This document shows, piece after piece, positions 1-13,930 of a stretch of 64,000 bases of DNA. Source of the stretch: Camelus dromedarius (taxonomy: Eukaryota); assembly GCF_036321535.1 (NCBI RefSeq), contig NC_087436.1, forward strand, positions 98,210,001 through 98,274,000. The letters are read 5' to 3'. The notes beneath the pieces are model-generated. The model had not been told where the DNA came from and made no database searches. It was given only the letters and a program-made list of their open reading frames with translations. How positions within the stretch are numbered: the first letter of the stretch is position 1; each line of letters starts with the position of its first letter. A program made the position numbers and the translations under genes.

Positions 1-1950
1 CTAATCTAGAAATGGCAGTGGTTGGATGAGGAAGGTAACAAAGGAAGTGAATGATCATATATGGATATATTTTGTCATCATAGCCAAAAGGATCTATTGG
101 TGAATTCTACATGTGTTGTGGCAGAGAAAGAGAGCTAGAGGGAAAGAGGAGGAGAGAGTGAGATAGTGGCAAAGAGACAGATGGAGACATAGAAATGACC
201 AGTCAACGGTGACTCCAAGATTGTGTTTCTGAGTTTCATTTACTGCAAGAGGAACACACTTGGAATGCAGAAGAGTTCATTTTTTCATAGATTGAATTTA
301 GGTGCCTCTGAGGTAATGAATAGTCATTCGGACATTTTGAATTTGAATTCAATTGCAAAGAAGTAAAAGTTGAGACTATAAATATGGTGGATAGCAGCCT
401 AGGAAGTTATTTAAAGAGAGGAGATTCAACGAAATCACCAAGGAAGAAATATGGGTATAAAAAAAATGTTCAAGGATTAACCCTGAGGGCATTTCAACAG
501 AGAATTAAAGAAGAATCAGCAAAGGGGGTTGAGTGCTTAGAGAGGTAGGAAAGAATGGAAAAGGTATATTCTGGAAAACAAACAAAGTGTTTTAAGTGTA
601 AGAATGTAGTCAGCTTTACTGAAGACTTATTAGAGGTTAAGTGAAAAAAGTGCTGAAAAATTGGTGTTTGGATATAGCAATTTGGTCACTGGTAACCTCG
701 ATATGAGCAGTTATATTGAAATACTAGTGACAAAAGGCTGAAAGGAGTGGGCTGAAGAAAGACAGTAGGAAAGTCAATTATAGAAAATTCCTTTCATGAG
801 TTTTACAGTAAATAGGAGGAAATAAATAGTACAAAATCTGGCATGAAAATTGGGTTAAAAGGCTTATTTATATTGGGAAAATAACATTTGGTCTTCATAA
901 TGTTGGGGACAGGCCTGTAGAGAAAAGATTGATGTTACGAGAACAAGACAGTGGGATTGCTGGGGAAATGTCCTCATGTTCTCACTTAGTAGAGAAAAGA
1001 TGAGGTATGATGTAAAAGAGGGGACTGTCCTTTGCTAGAAGGACAGTTTACTCATTTTGACATAAAACACAGATGATGTGGGCACAGGCGCAGACAAGTG
1101 CAGGCAAATAGCAGGGGCCTTTGGATTTTGTCTTGTGATTGCTTCTCTTTTCTCAGATCATATTTTGATAATGAGAATAAGGAAAGATGTATCAGTTAAA
1201 GAAAAGGAGAAGTACTGAAATGATCACTTAGAGGAATGGGGAAGAGAAAGGACTAGGGAAATGTTACAGAATCCCTATCAAACTAAGAAGCATTCCCATT
1301 GAGGTAACAATCTCACATTTAGCTTCAGAGCAGTCAGGATGGTTGTGTGTTTTATTCCAGCTGTGTTTCTCTGTGTAGATGCAGATGTCATGTGGGTAGA
1401 GACTTGATTCATCCACAGTTGTGATTCAGTCATCTTAGTGACTGAATGCAAAAAATGAGAAAGTAATTACATGCTGTGTAATGAATAAATGTGGGGTTAA
1501 AGCTGTAAGCAAAGAAAGGAGGCTAGAAGCAGGGGAGGGATATTAATGGAATCAGTATTTTGCAGTTCTCAGTAAGACTGAAAGTATATTCAATGAAGAA
1601 ATTGGAAAAATGGCGAGTGGTGGCTGGAGAGTGAGGTGCTTGAAACTGAGTTGATATAGTAGGTAGAGCTGTAAATAAGGACATCTAGTATATGACACTC
1701 ATACGAGTGTCTAAGGTAGGGCTGGAGACCTGACAACTGGAAGAGAACATCAAGAAACTGAGAGGATATGGTTTTGGAAGGGTGATTGAGATAGACATTG
1801 GAATTACTGAGATCCATGACAGTGGCCTTGTTGGGGAGAGCCTCAGTGTGGCAGAATCTACGGTCTCCGTACCAGGAGGGAGAGTGACTAGACCCAAGGA
1901 TCAGCAAATACGTAAAACAAGCAGTAACGATGGTAGAGTCTGATTTCATA
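1..1950 (-). mobile_element. Decayed LINE-2 (L2) body
   Basis: Purine-rich sequence with antisense L2-type motifs, e.g. gactccaagattgtgtttctgag...gagttcattttttcatagattgaatttaggtgcct (211-307) and tggtcactggtaacctcg. Right boundary approximate. Confidence 0.6.
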
Positions 1951-2829
1951 GCTAAATAACTTTTTTTTTTTTTTTTTTTTTTTTTTGGTGGAGAGAGAAA
2001 GAAGAATTTGAAAGAGACAAGGACAAAGCAAGGAAGAAAACTACCCCACCTTGAGTTTCAATAGATTGAGAAATGTGGCAAAAACCAAACACTGACATTT
2101 TGTCATTGGAACAGTCAATTCAAAGCAGAGCCAGGTTTCAGAGAAAAAAAAAAAAAGACGAAAGGATTATTTAAGGAAGAGTTACAAAATATCACAAACT
2201 TTGCTGTTGACTATGAGTATAGATGGTTTAGTGCAACATTTTGGAAGTTGATGAGATTTGGGAGAGGGAAACAAGAAACTCAGTGTACAGAACCTATGGG
2301 GACTGGAATCCTGGGCAAAAAGACTGATCTGGCAGAACTGAAGTTCTTGTGCTGGATGACAGGGACAGGTTTAAAAGACATAATGAGATTACACGTTATG
2401 TTCCTAAGATAGAGAGTGGTGGGGCGCAAAGATTGTTGGAAGGGAAAGAGGAGTAGGTGATCCGGCCTGAAGCACTCAGCGTTCAGAGGGTCCTGCATGA
2501 CTCTTGCTGGACAGGTACCAAGACTGTCAAAACAGTGATCTTATTCCAGTAGCTCAGGTTCCGTTTTGGTGATGGAGATCTTGAAATATGCTGTGTCTGA
2601 GATTGGGGGCCCCTCAGTTGACTGATGCCAGTTGAGGCTCACAAGCAGCTGTTCTAACTTTAAAGGAATGCATATTCTCTTGACTCCTGCCAGTAAGAAC
2701 ACTGTTAATTTGAACGCTCCCCTGAGATTCTAGTGGTATTTTCTGCAACATGCTAATGAATAAAGATACACATGTAGCAAGAGCTAAATAAGATGCTATT
2801 ATTTGTATAATAAGTAAAATGTAAATATT

Positions 2830-3460
2830 CTTAGTGTATTTACTCAGTCATATGTATGTATCGAGTGCCCATGCAAAGCACACTGGCTAAAAGCTGGGGA
2901 GACTATGGCAAACACAACCATATCTGCCCTCAAGGAAGACTTGACAATAACAAAGGATATCAGAGATCCCTAACCTAGTTTAGAAAGTTAGGGAAACTCC
3001 ATATTCTATGTTTTATTTTATAATCCTAACATGTTTTGAGTAGACTATAAGAAAGGGAATATTTTTAAATGAATTCCCATTACCATTTTCAAATACCCAA
3101 AGGCTTTTCTAAATAACTCAAAAAAAGTGTTTCTACTAGAACGTTTTAGTGGCTGAATAATTTGCAAAGCATCTTCAACAATTCATTCAACAGATATTAT
3201 TGAAATATTATATTGGGTTCAGTAAAGTGAATACAAAGTATTTTTGCCCTCACAGTACTCACAGATTAATAGAAGAGCCAATTATAGTAACAAATAACCC
3301 TAATGTTGAGTCATAGGAATAACCTCTTATTAGAGCCCCAAGAAAGAATTGCCTACTCACTCTGGCACGAGGGTGATAGAAATTAGAGAGGATTGTCTCA
3401 AGAAGACAATGTCTGATTTATGTTTTAAATGATGTTTAGGATTAGGGAATCCTCTCTAGC
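2830..3460 (-). mobile_element. L2 3'-end fragments
   Basis: attcattcaacagatattattga (3181) and gagtgcccatgcaaagcacactggctaaaagctgggga resemble the antisense L2 3' terminus. Confidence 0.55.
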
Positions 3461-3499
3461 AAATTCATAGAGAAAATAAATAACATTCATTCCCTCACT

Positions 3500-3995
3500 C
3501 TCTCTGTTTAATAAGATGCCAGTTTTGTTCAAGTGTTGTATCTCCCAGATAGAGTCATAACCCACACTTTCCACTGCCCAACTCAGACCTCTGATTATTC
3601 TGGAGACAATCCCATTCCTCTGGCATGTGACTAGTTCAGAAATGATCACGTTACCCAATTCTAATATACTTAATGATGCATGAGAAAAAAAATGCGCAGG
3701 CGGTTATCTGGCTCCTAAAGGATAATCACAGAAAATGATGGTACTTTTTTTTTTTTTTTTAATATTGCTGTGTGTATATGTGAAACTTGAATAGCTGCTA
3801 GGCTGGCGATGAAACCAGTACCAAAAATGGTGAGCTGAGCGGTGGAGAGTGTCCAGTATTGCTGAAGTTGTTGTACAGATGAGTCAGTCAGCTCTGAAGT
3901 CGGCCTTACTTTTATTGCTGGCAGTAATAAATATTACTTAAGCCAAGTTGAGCAGAGTAATTAGACACATGCAGCAGAATGCATCCTAAGTGCAG
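3500..3995 (+). mobile_element. Old MaLR solo LTR (MLT1J/K/L-like)
   Basis: 3' end aataaatattacttaagccaagttgagc...gcagcagaatgcatcctaa resembles old MLT1 termini. Confidence 0.55.
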
Positions 3996-6479
3996 TCACA
4001 TGTGAGGAGGTGCTCAGTTGTGTGTTTGATGGCATTCCAACAGATAAAGCGTAGTCATAGGCAGAGGTTGTATTATATACTTTCTTGTGCATGATTATAA
4101 GGAGTCCAAACTCACATAGTAACTAATGATGACTTGCTGAAGGGTGGGGAGTAAGATGTCAGATTTAGATATTAGAGAGCAATTCTTGATTTTAGGAGGA
4201 GAAACTGGAATTAGAAAAAAATAGTAAGAAGCAAATGTAGTAATTTAGGCAAATGATATAAGCCTGAAGTAGGGAAGTAGTAAGGGAAGGAAAAGGTAGA
4301 GTATTAGAAAAGTTTTTAGTAAGCTAAAAATAGCAGAACATGATTATTAATTCTGAGTGAGAGGGAACAAATAAAGTCAGGGATTATTTCTATTTTTCTT
4401 TCTTGGATTAGTGAGAGAATAGAAACAACAGAAATTTGACTAGTTTGAACTCTAGTTGATGGGCTGAAGTTATTTAAATAATGTCTTCTAAAATCTGCAT
4501 TTAGAACTTGAAAAAAAAAGATTTCCTAATTTTTTACGTAGCCCCAACTAAATTTTAATTTAATAGTATAATAGTCCCTGGCCAAAACTCTGAATTTTAC
4601 TTGCAAATTGTTACTGATAATTATGTTTACTTTTTAAAATTGTATCCATTTCATATTATGCTAACCATTACAGACATTAAGTTTAAACACATGGACAGGT
4701 TTGAATATGAAAATGGAATGTTTCTACTGGATTTTACATTTGGTATTTTTGAATCGGTGTCTTTCTCATGTATTTTAAGAAAGAACATGTTTTAAAATTT
4801 TTTTAACATATCAGCATTAGAATACTTTCTATTTTCTATGTACTGTGGAATTCTTAACAACTCGGGATGGCCACTTTACTGTTCAAGATATACTTCAGTG
4901 ACCTTAAATCAATGCTCATTTGTTACCACTTCTTTTCATTTGACCTTCCTACTTCCCACTGTCACATTGTTTGATTATGTAGCTAAGCATCAAAGTGCTT
5001 CTCACTCAATGTTCTTGGCTAGATTATCCAACCCTGACATTTTTGTATTAAAAAAAAAATCTTTAAAATGTTCAATACTCTACCACTAGATTATGTAACA
5101 CATTGTGAGTTTTTTTAAACTGATACCTAGAAAATCATCACTATTTTTCTTTATTTAAAATATGATCACAATGTATATTCAAGACATCATGCTTGTATAT
5201 AAATTCAACATATGTTGTATTTCTTGGTATTAATGGAAAGAATCACACATAATAGAAACAGTTGGGCACATAGTAGCCTTGTGATTTGAACTATAGGTAA
5301 TTATAAAAATGTCAATCTCTGAATAGGCTCTACAAATATATTTTGTTAGGTATTTCTGATAAAAGTGCTTTATGTTCAAACAAGTTTGGTAATATTTGGT
5401 AGAATATAGAGAGGGCATAGCCCTGTTTCCCTTGAGGCCTTCCTCTCTTCCTTCCTAAGCCAGCCACCTGACCCTTGTTGGGCCAGTCATTGTACTGCTG
5501 GCATCAGGGATGGTTTCCACAGCAAACCCAAGACCTAGGTGGGTCGAGTTAAAGCCCTTCTCTGCATATGCGTAGAGGTTTACCAGTCAGACAGAATGTG
5601 AACCTACATATATCAGTGGTCCTTTTCATTCTACACAAAGAGATTCCTTCTATAGAATGAAGGCAACATATTGAAATAAACAGAAAAAGAAGTAGGAGAA
5701 TTATAGACCTTGATGATGTGAATTTTGCTCTTGGATCCAGACATCCTATTGACAATTTCTCCTGTGGATTAATTGACAAAATAAATTTTTTCATTAGAAA
5801 ATTTGAGGAAGGTGTGTATTAATTTTTTTTAATACTCTGGGTATTAGAACATACTCCTTGATAACACACCATCACAGAAGCTTTTTAAAAGTAATTTACT
5901 TTATGAATCTCCAGGAAGGTTGGCCAAAGTATTTAACTATGGAGCACTTATATTCTTTTTCTGAGGAGAACAAATGTCAGATTATACTGCCTCATAGCTG
6001 TGCGACTAAAACTCTGCATTCAGCTAAATGTGTCAGTCAGACAAGAAGATCCCTGAGACATACACTTGCAAAATTAATATTTAGATTCATTTTTTTCTTC
6101 TTCACCATATCTTCAGCAAAGATATAATTTCAGAATAAAATAATGTAGATATTCATAGATTATAAATTAGACTGGCTTATTCTGAGCAAAGGAGTAGAAA
6201 GCAGGTAAAAAGAGAAAAAGACCTAGAAAGAATTCTTGCCTATTTTAGGATAGGGAATGCATTTTTCTGTTCTCTGTAAGAGGCAGCCTGGAGCTCCATA
6301 TACATATGTGTAATCAGTACGTAATTGTTGACTTGATTCATTGTAACACTGAGTACCAGGGTTAGAATGCCCACGTCTTCGATGTGAGTGGGACAACTGG
6401 TGATACAGTGATACTACTGATCTTTCCTTCACTCACAGAGATAAATGGGAGATAATAACATCGGAAGTACTAAGTTCTA

Positions 6480-7720
6480 AAAGATAATAGAAGAAACATA
6501 TGCATCAAGCTACATAGATATGATGTCAGATTATGTCCATGGAGCAGAAGTATCGAAATGTGTATCTAAGACACATCAGAATGTTTAGATTATTGTCCAC
6601 ATAATTCATTCACCAGTTATGGTGGCAAAGTCAAAGGCAAAGCATGAGTTCAACAACAAGGACTTTCATTCACGCAGACTATCTAGTTGCTGCTCCTGAA
6701 AAATATCGAATATCAGCTAAAGAGACAAATATCAACACCTTGGTGTGGTGGTACCATCCTTCAAGACCAATCAGCCACTTAGTGGCAAGTTGATCTTAAG
6801 AAGAGCCATCTTTCATCCTTACTGAGATCAATATGCATTCCAGGACTGGGTTTGCCTTCACTTCCTGCAGTACCTCAGTCAACAATGCTATTGGTGGGCT
6901 GAAAAAGTTGATTATTAACATAAGATCCAACCTAACATTTCTTTAGAGAAATGCGTTTTCATTTTGGAGAAAGCATGACAGTGCACATATAGGTAAGGGA
7001 CGCAGAGTTACAGACAGCACACATTGTAAACTGCTTACCTGGTTGAATATTGGAATGGCCTCTTAAAGGTTTGACCTGGGCACCAACCTACAGATGATGC
7101 CTTTCAGTGTTAAGAGAATATTCTTCAGATTTCAGTATAATCTTTGACCCAGCAGCCATTGTACCATGTCATGTCCCTACAGTTAGAATCCATAGATCCA
7201 GAAATCAAAAAAGGATAGAAGAAGGAGTGGTGATTTCACCATCACTCTCAGTGGCTCAGGGAATTTGTGTTTCCCTCCTGCAGCTCTAATATAGTCCCCA
7301 TTCCCTGAAGTTATACTTTAAAGTTATGCTGTACAGTTATTTCAGGCTCTACATAGAATTAGATCAACAGACCAAAAAAATGTTCTATTAATGTGTGGAA
7401 AATTAAACTTGATAATTATGAGGATCAGGAGTTTGCTGCTATATAATGGGACCAGAGGTGTGTACATCTGGGGCTCAGGGGTTACCCTGTGGTCCTTCTT
7501 GCTGCACCTGTTGTCATCTGCAATAGCACATAGGCCACGGTACTAAACGAACGTCATAAGGGGAGAGCAATGGGAGCTCAGACACCTGAGGGATAAAGGT
7601 CTGATTCATCCCACTGAAAAAGCACTGTAGACCAACAGAAGTGCTGGCTTAAGATTAGTGATACTAAGAATGAGTAGACGAGAAGGAAGTTGATGGTATC
7701 TATCAATCATGATCTCACAC
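6480..7720 (+). mobile_element. Decayed ERV-L-class internal sequence (pol integrase region)
   Basis: ORF 7107-7289 contains PTVRIHRSRNQKRIEEGV, similar to ERV-L SPIARIHGSRNQGVE. Upstream DNA decodes to degenerate DQPATWWQVD-like (gaccaatcagccacttagtggcaagttgat) and WNGLLK (tggaatggcctcttaaag) motifs. Many stops and frameshifts. Confidence 0.75.
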
Positions 7721-7899
7721 ACATCTAAGAAACTGTGACTTTGAAAAGTTGCTTACTGGTCTGTTGTCTTTATTATCATGAAAACAAGAGTTTAACTAAA
7801 CAAAATTCAAAATGCCCTTCTGAATGTATAAAAAGTTAATAGTGTGTAAAGCTGGGATACAGTTGTTTTCTTATTGTATAGTGCTTGATACCTAATAGA

Positions 7900-8125
7900 C
7901 TCTTTTCCAAGTGCTTTCATTGTATTAAATGTTCATACTATAAGACAGTTGCTATGGTGATGATGACGATCATGATGAAGAAAATGGTGATGTTGATTCA
8001 CATTTTTACAAGTGAAGAAACAAAGACCCAAAAAAGTTAAGTGTTACAGCTTTGCCCACACAGCCAGTAAATGGCAATCTAAAATCCGAAGTCTGGCTCT
8101 GAACCTTGTGCTTTTAATTAATGAT
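7900..8125 (-). mobile_element. MIR SINE
   Basis: catttttacaagtgaagaaacaaagacccaaaaaagttaagtg...cacacagccagtaaatggc matches the antisense MIR core. Confidence 0.75.
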
Positions 8126-8389
8126 TGCATGAAACTAAATATTAACCACTTTAATTATTTTCTCTATTGAGAATACAGAATTTCTTTTTTACTTAACATG
8201 CTTTTGATGTTCTGTAGTTACTCTAATGAGTTCCAAGTAAATGATTTATGATTGTACAATTTGGGTAAAGCAGGCTTACTAACAATATGTATCTTCCAAA
8301 GAGTAATCTTCTGTTTCACTTCCCAAGAAAATCAGGTGTTCAGATAATTTTAAAATATTTTAAAGATGGATGTTTTTATAGTACACATC

Positions 8390-8760
8390 TGAAGAAGGTA
8401 TGGTGTCTCCCTCCAGATGAGAGCCAACTTCTTTCTTGTCCAAGAAAATAAAGGTAATGTCTCCCTCTAGAGCAAAGGTTGAGAATATTTGCTGTCAGCC
8501 CCATTATAAGCTCAGGGGTTCTCTAAGCTTTAGATTTCTGAGATGTAACACAGACATGCTGTGTGCACATCTGCCTGGGCGTAGCTCTGCGTCTCCCTTC
8601 CCTCCATGGGGCAGGAGGAACAAAGGAGAAAATGAAGCTCATGCTGCCTGCTGTGCCACGAGAAATAAAATACTTGGTTTCTGGCTCAGGACAGAATCCT
8701 GTTCGTTCAAACTGAGGCAAAGCCATCTATCTCTTATGAATTTTCCTAATATATGTTTGA
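8390..8760 (+). mobile_element. ERVL-class solo LTR (MER54/MER74-like)
   Basis: gctcatgctgcctgctgtgccacgagaaataaaatacttggtttctggctcagga resembles the poly(A)-signal region of this LTR group. Related to the host LTR at 27722. Confidence 0.6.
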
Positions 8761-8989
8761 AGTTTCTTGCTAAATTTTAGTGTTTTAAGTACATTTGTGA
8801 AATATTCTCCTAGACTCTGAAGCTTCTAGTTCAATAAGATTGTCATTTATTACTTTAGGTAAAATTTCTCTTGCTGCAAATCCTAAGGATAGATGCCAGT
8901 TTTCTACAGGTTTACTTCTGTGCAAGTTTAGGGATAATGTTCCCAGTTTTACTTTTTAAACAGTATTGGCCTTAGTTATATGATGTTTT

Positions 8990-9362
8990 GACTTCATGTT
9001 GGGAGTATACCTTCCACTCTTTAACTCTGGACTTGACTCTGTGACTTACTTTGAATAATGGGAGGTTAATTTTCACATGCTTACCTGCTCAGGTTTGGCC
9101 TCTTGCAAATCTGTCATCACATAAAAATAACACCCCTGGGTTAGCTGCCGCCACTTCAGCCTGGAACATAGAATGAATACGCATGATGCAGACCTAAGCC
9201 CAGTCAAGGTTCAGGAGCCAAGCCCAGATGGAGCTTCAGCTCAAGCAGAACAGCTCAGCCAAACCCAGCATAGGTTAGCCAGCTCCCTAGGCAACCTGCA
9301 TCCTGCCTAGCAGGAGTAAATGAGTATTGGTATGTTTATTGTTCAGAAATAGCTGGCTGATA
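8990..9362 (+). mobile_element. MaLR LTR (MLT1I/J/K-like)
   Basis: gggagtataccttccactc...tgtgacttactttga, cttcagcctggaacatagaatgaatacg, and a 3' end aatagctggctgata. Confidence 0.65.
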
Positions 9363-9822
9363 AGAATATATACTGGGGTGGTTAGGGGGAGGAGATTGAG
9401 AGAGAGATTGAGCGAGATTTGAAATTTTGTAAGAAGCTTTTGATTGCCTACATGAATCATGTTCTTCCTTCTTAATAACAGGAATCAAATTAGTTCAGGT
9501 ATCCACACCCATGGAGGATGAGTTTTGAACCTCCATGACAGTTTAGTTGTTTATACTTAAAAGTTTTTGCTTTATTTTTGTTTTGTTTGTTTTGCTTTGC
9601 TTTTGCACATAGAAGATGCCATTAATATTTAGAGGATGTTAAGGCCCACATTTCTTTCTTTTTTTTTTTAACAACTTTGAAAGTGTGAAAGTCAAGTTTC
9701 AGACCAAATTCTTGCTCTATACATAGATCATATATTAATAATGAGGCATCTAAGCACACTGATCATTTAATCTCTTGTGTAACTTCATGCAGTCCCACCT
9801 CTTTGAATTTGTTGCTTTAAAT

Positions 9823-10063
9823 CAGTGGTGTACTATTAAGCCAGCTCAATGAATATAGGAATGTATATGTACATACATACATACAAACATACATCATCCA
9901 TACTAAAACAAAAATTGATATCTAGGATTTGCTGTTTCCATGATGTGAATACTCTTACCCTGGCCAGTTTTAAGCAATCAATATTATGCCTCTACATGTA
10001 GCACTGGGAAGAGATACTAACCATTGGCCCTTGCAGGCTGGTACAAATGGACAAGAGCACATC
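9823..10063. mobile_element. MER63-like hAT DNA transposon
   Basis: Starts cagtggtgtact; internal tttccatgatgtgaatactcttaccctggccagttttaagc; end ggctggtacaaatggacaagagcac. Confidence 0.65.
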
Positions 10064-10649
10064 GGTCTTTAAACTCACTTTTCATGGAAGATTTTACTGA
10101 AGACAGCATGACTCTATTCTAGAGGCTGAGATCAGTCAGTCTTATAGAAGAGATGAGAAACCCATTGTCTTCTATATTCTGTTTCTGGACAAAAAAAAAA
10201 AAAAAACAAAAACAAAACTTTCCAAAGAAAAAAAAAGCCTTGTACAACATTCTGAATAGTAAAAAGTGAAGGACTTACTAAATTCTTATACCCCATTCAT
10301 GCAAATGCAGCCAGTGTCTCTACAATATTTTAGCTGATCCATACACATTCACCAGTTCACTAATTTAACCAATTAAATTCAATTTATAAAATTGATTTTC
10401 CTAATTAACAAGCTGTCAGTTTTTTCCATAAGAATCTATTTCAAACTTTGATTTCACTAATTAGCAACATCTCTGGGACTGCTCAATGACAAACATAGCT
10501 GAATTGTGGAATATGGACCTCAGATTTAACACTGGTTTCAGATTGTAGTAAATGGCAAACCCCTGGGTATAGATTGAAAAAACAAATACACCCTAGCTCT
10601 GGATGTAGTTTAAAAAAACAAACACACCCTAGCACACAGAACAATATAA

Positions 10650-11160
10650 TTTACATACTACGTAACAGTGACTGGCTCCAGAAGTGGGATAAATTTGAAT
10701 AGGCTAAACCAATGACAGTCATTTCTGTTAATAGTAATTGTTGTTTTGAATTATAATTTGATTCAGTTTGGGCCAATGAGGAGAGGTCTGCTACAGGCCA
10801 ATAGAGAAAAATGTCTTCGCTCTTAAAAAGCAACACATAGAAGATAGATACTCCATTTTCCTGTATTATATTACACCTCTAGATGGAATGCCAGGAATTA
10901 CAATAGCCATATTGTGCCTATGATGGGAGCTAAGTTAAGGGGCAAAACAAACATGCTGTGGACTACACAACAGAAAAATGGAAAGCTCCTGTGCACTCAG
11001 TGAAGCCATTGACACAGAATTAGATGCCCTACTAGCTTTCCTTACGCACATCTCTGAATGTGAATAATAAATAAAGGTAAATAAAATAAATTTACACAAT
11101 TTTAAAGCCACATTTAGATTACTTTTTCAGACCTGACTAGATGGCATTCTACCTGATATA
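10650..11160 (+). mobile_element. MaLR LTR (MLT1J/K-like)
   Basis: cagtttgggccaatgag, atagccatattgtgcctatgatggg, tttaaagccac...gcattctacctgatata. Confidence 0.6.
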
Positions 11161-12204
11161 GATTTGTGTCTGTATCTAAAGAGCCTTATTTTCATATTTT
11201 CTCAGAATTCAAGATAGAACCACCACTTTAAGGACACAAACTGCAAAATAATTCTCGTTACAGAATGGTTAAATTGAAGAAGTACAATAATCTCTACTAT
11301 CTTGATGAAAATTCTTTTTGATGGTATGATCATATTCCAAATTATAAACTGGCATAAATTTTTAAGCACATACATAGATGAATATTGAGAAAGTAAAAAA
11401 AAATAGTGTCACATATGCTTAAAAGCATATCTTTTGGCATTGTCACTAACATCATGGATGAAGTAATTGATTTTTTCCCCACATATTTAAAGAGTATTCT
11501 GTATCCAAGACAAATATCATTAGATGTCTGAGATCTATTATTTTTATAGTTGTGAGAAGTAATTTATTTTATAATATATTATCACTTTTTTTCAATTAAC
11601 TAGAGTGGAACATGTTTACAGTTGTTTAGTATTCCAAATTTATTTGGTTCTGGTTTTGGAAACAAAACAAGAACAGTACTCTTCTATTATAGTTTACTTG
11701 AGGACTTGGAAAGTATAAAACCTCAAAATTTAAAAATCACGATGCTTCTAGTTTTGCCACAATATATCAAATATGCTTTGAAATTCTATTTATTTTACTG
11801 TTAGTTCCATTTTAATAGCTTTTGGTAAAGTTCTGCTTTGTGTTAAAGAATGGAAAATAATACTCAATAAACTGTAGGATTAGAGCGAAGAATGGTTAAC
11901 AGGAATGAATGGGGAAAAAATTGTTTCACAGATAGAGATCTGAAATAACATCTGAGAATATAAAGCTTAGCCAGATTTTGTTCCCAGAAAAGGGATACAA
12001 ATGTTTCACACAGATGAGAAGTGATGCAGGGGCTGCCACAACTAACAGGGATAAAGGCCGAAGCAAAGTTTCAACATCCACAGGCCTGGGTCTTTCTGCC
12101 TTCCATCCCCATACCTGCTCCTCACCTATAAAAGAAAAATACAGTGAAAGAAGGGAGCAAGAAGACATCAAGAATATAATTTTTTCTAGTTCCCTGGATT
12201 AGTC

Positions 12205-12670
12205 TCAAACAGTGACCCTCAACAATTCCTTCTGTGTGTGTGCATACATACCATTTCTCACATCAAGAGATGGACGTTATTTCCTCTGCCCTGAATCTGG
12301 GTAGGCCTTGTGACCAGCCTTGACAATGAAATGCATCACAATTCATGCTAACAGACTTTCAAACCCGGCCTTACCCAGAAGGACTGCCAGTTTTCACCTC
12401 CTGCCTCTTAGAACTGAGCCAGCACTCTCCGAGAAGTCCAGGCACCTACAGCAACCACAGGGTTTAAGACGAGAGGTGTTTCTTTTGACAGCCTCAGCTG
12501 AACTCCAGCTGATTGTACTAAGGACATTGTGTGAATAACCTATTTTGGATGTTTCAGACAAGTCAGTCCTTTAGTTGACTGCAGCCCACAGAATCATGAG
12601 AAATAATAAAATTGCTTCTGTTTAATTCACTAAGTTGTCTAGTAGTTTTTGATGGAATAAATAACTGAGA
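12205..12670 (+). mobile_element. MaLR LTR (MLT1G/H-like)
   Basis: catcaagagatggacgttatttcctctgccctgaatctgggtaggccttgtgacc ... gaatcatgagaaataataaaattg...taactgaga. Confidence 0.75.
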
Positions 12671-12999
12671 AATCCTACATCCTGCAAGGATTGATCATTT
12701 TCAACTTTGAGAATTGTCAGTTCTTAAGATTTGAATTGACCTCTCTTTTATGTTCCTACTATCTGACTGAGGACACTTACAAAGTTAAATAAAAGAAATT
12801 GGATGACTATTTGCAAGGTACTGCTCAAGGAAGTTGGCAACAGAGAGAATGGCAAAGAGTGCTTTCAATGAGACTGGGCGAGATTTTACAGGAAAAAAAT
12901 TCAAGCTCCCAAAGACAAACAATTTTGAGCACAAGAAGAGCTGGGAATTGTGCAAAATTCCCTTAGAAAGTAGAGAAATTTTGCTTATATGACAGATTC

Positions 13000-13930
13000 A
13001 TTTCAGACTACAGAATGCCTGGGAAAAATATGTAATAATCTTTAAAAACAACAATAAAATGTATCACTCAGCAATGGAAAATTTATTATGTCCTGTATCA
13101 AAAAACTGTAACAACAAATGAAGAAGTAGGACAATATGAACCATAACCAGTAGAAAAATCTCTGGATAGAATCAAACCCAGAAATGAGAGATATGATGGA
13201 ACGGGAAGGTAGAGTATGCTGGTAGGTATAATAATTTTTATGTGAACAAGTCTTTAAAAGATAACTGATTGCTTCAAACAAAACATTACCAAGACTTTGT
13301 AAATTTCAAATATATGCATTAGTAAAATATATCAATATACCTCAAAAGATGAGGGGAGAAATGGAAGTATACTCTTGTAAACGTTCAATAGACAAGAAAA
13401 GAAAAAAGAGGAAACACATGAAAAATCAGCCAAACTGAAATGCAGTTGGAAATTTCAATACCCCTTTCTCAGTAATTGATAAAAAAGCAGATTTCGAAAA
13501 ATCAGGAAAACTATAGAACATTTCAATAATACCATCAAACAATGGAGTTAAATCTGCATTTGTAAAACACTTTGCCCAACAACAGAAGAATATACATTCT
13601 GTTCAAGTACACAGTGACAATCGTTATGAAATACCATGCCCTGAGCCGTAAAATAAATTTTAAGAAATATACAGATTGGATTTATACAAAACATATTCTC
13701 TGATCACAGTAAAATTTAACTAGACATTAATCACAGAATTACATTATACAAATATTCAAATATTTGAAAATTTAAAATACAAAATCCATAAGAAAAAGAA
13801 AATCACAAGTTGAATTTTTAAATATTTTGTACTGAATGAAAATGAAGCAAAACATGCCAAAATTTGTGGGAGCATGATGAATCTGTGCTTAGAAGTTTAT
13901 GGCTTTAAGTGCTTACATAAAAAAAAATTG
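13000..13930 (+). mobile_element. Old L1M fragments including an ORF2 endonuclease remnant
   Basis: gttggaaatttcaatacccctttctcag (GDFNTPLS-like), acagaagaatatacattctgttcaagt (EYTFFSS-like), ctctgatcac (SDH). Confidence 0.75.

Noticed and set aside
1590..1949. 119-aa minus-strand ORF
   Set aside because: It lies in decayed L2-like sequence, with no recognisable domain or splice context.
8436..8780. 114-aa ORF (also 20411-20752 and 21171-21515)
   Set aside because: The first two lie within LTRs. None resembles a known protein, and the lengths are compatible with chance.
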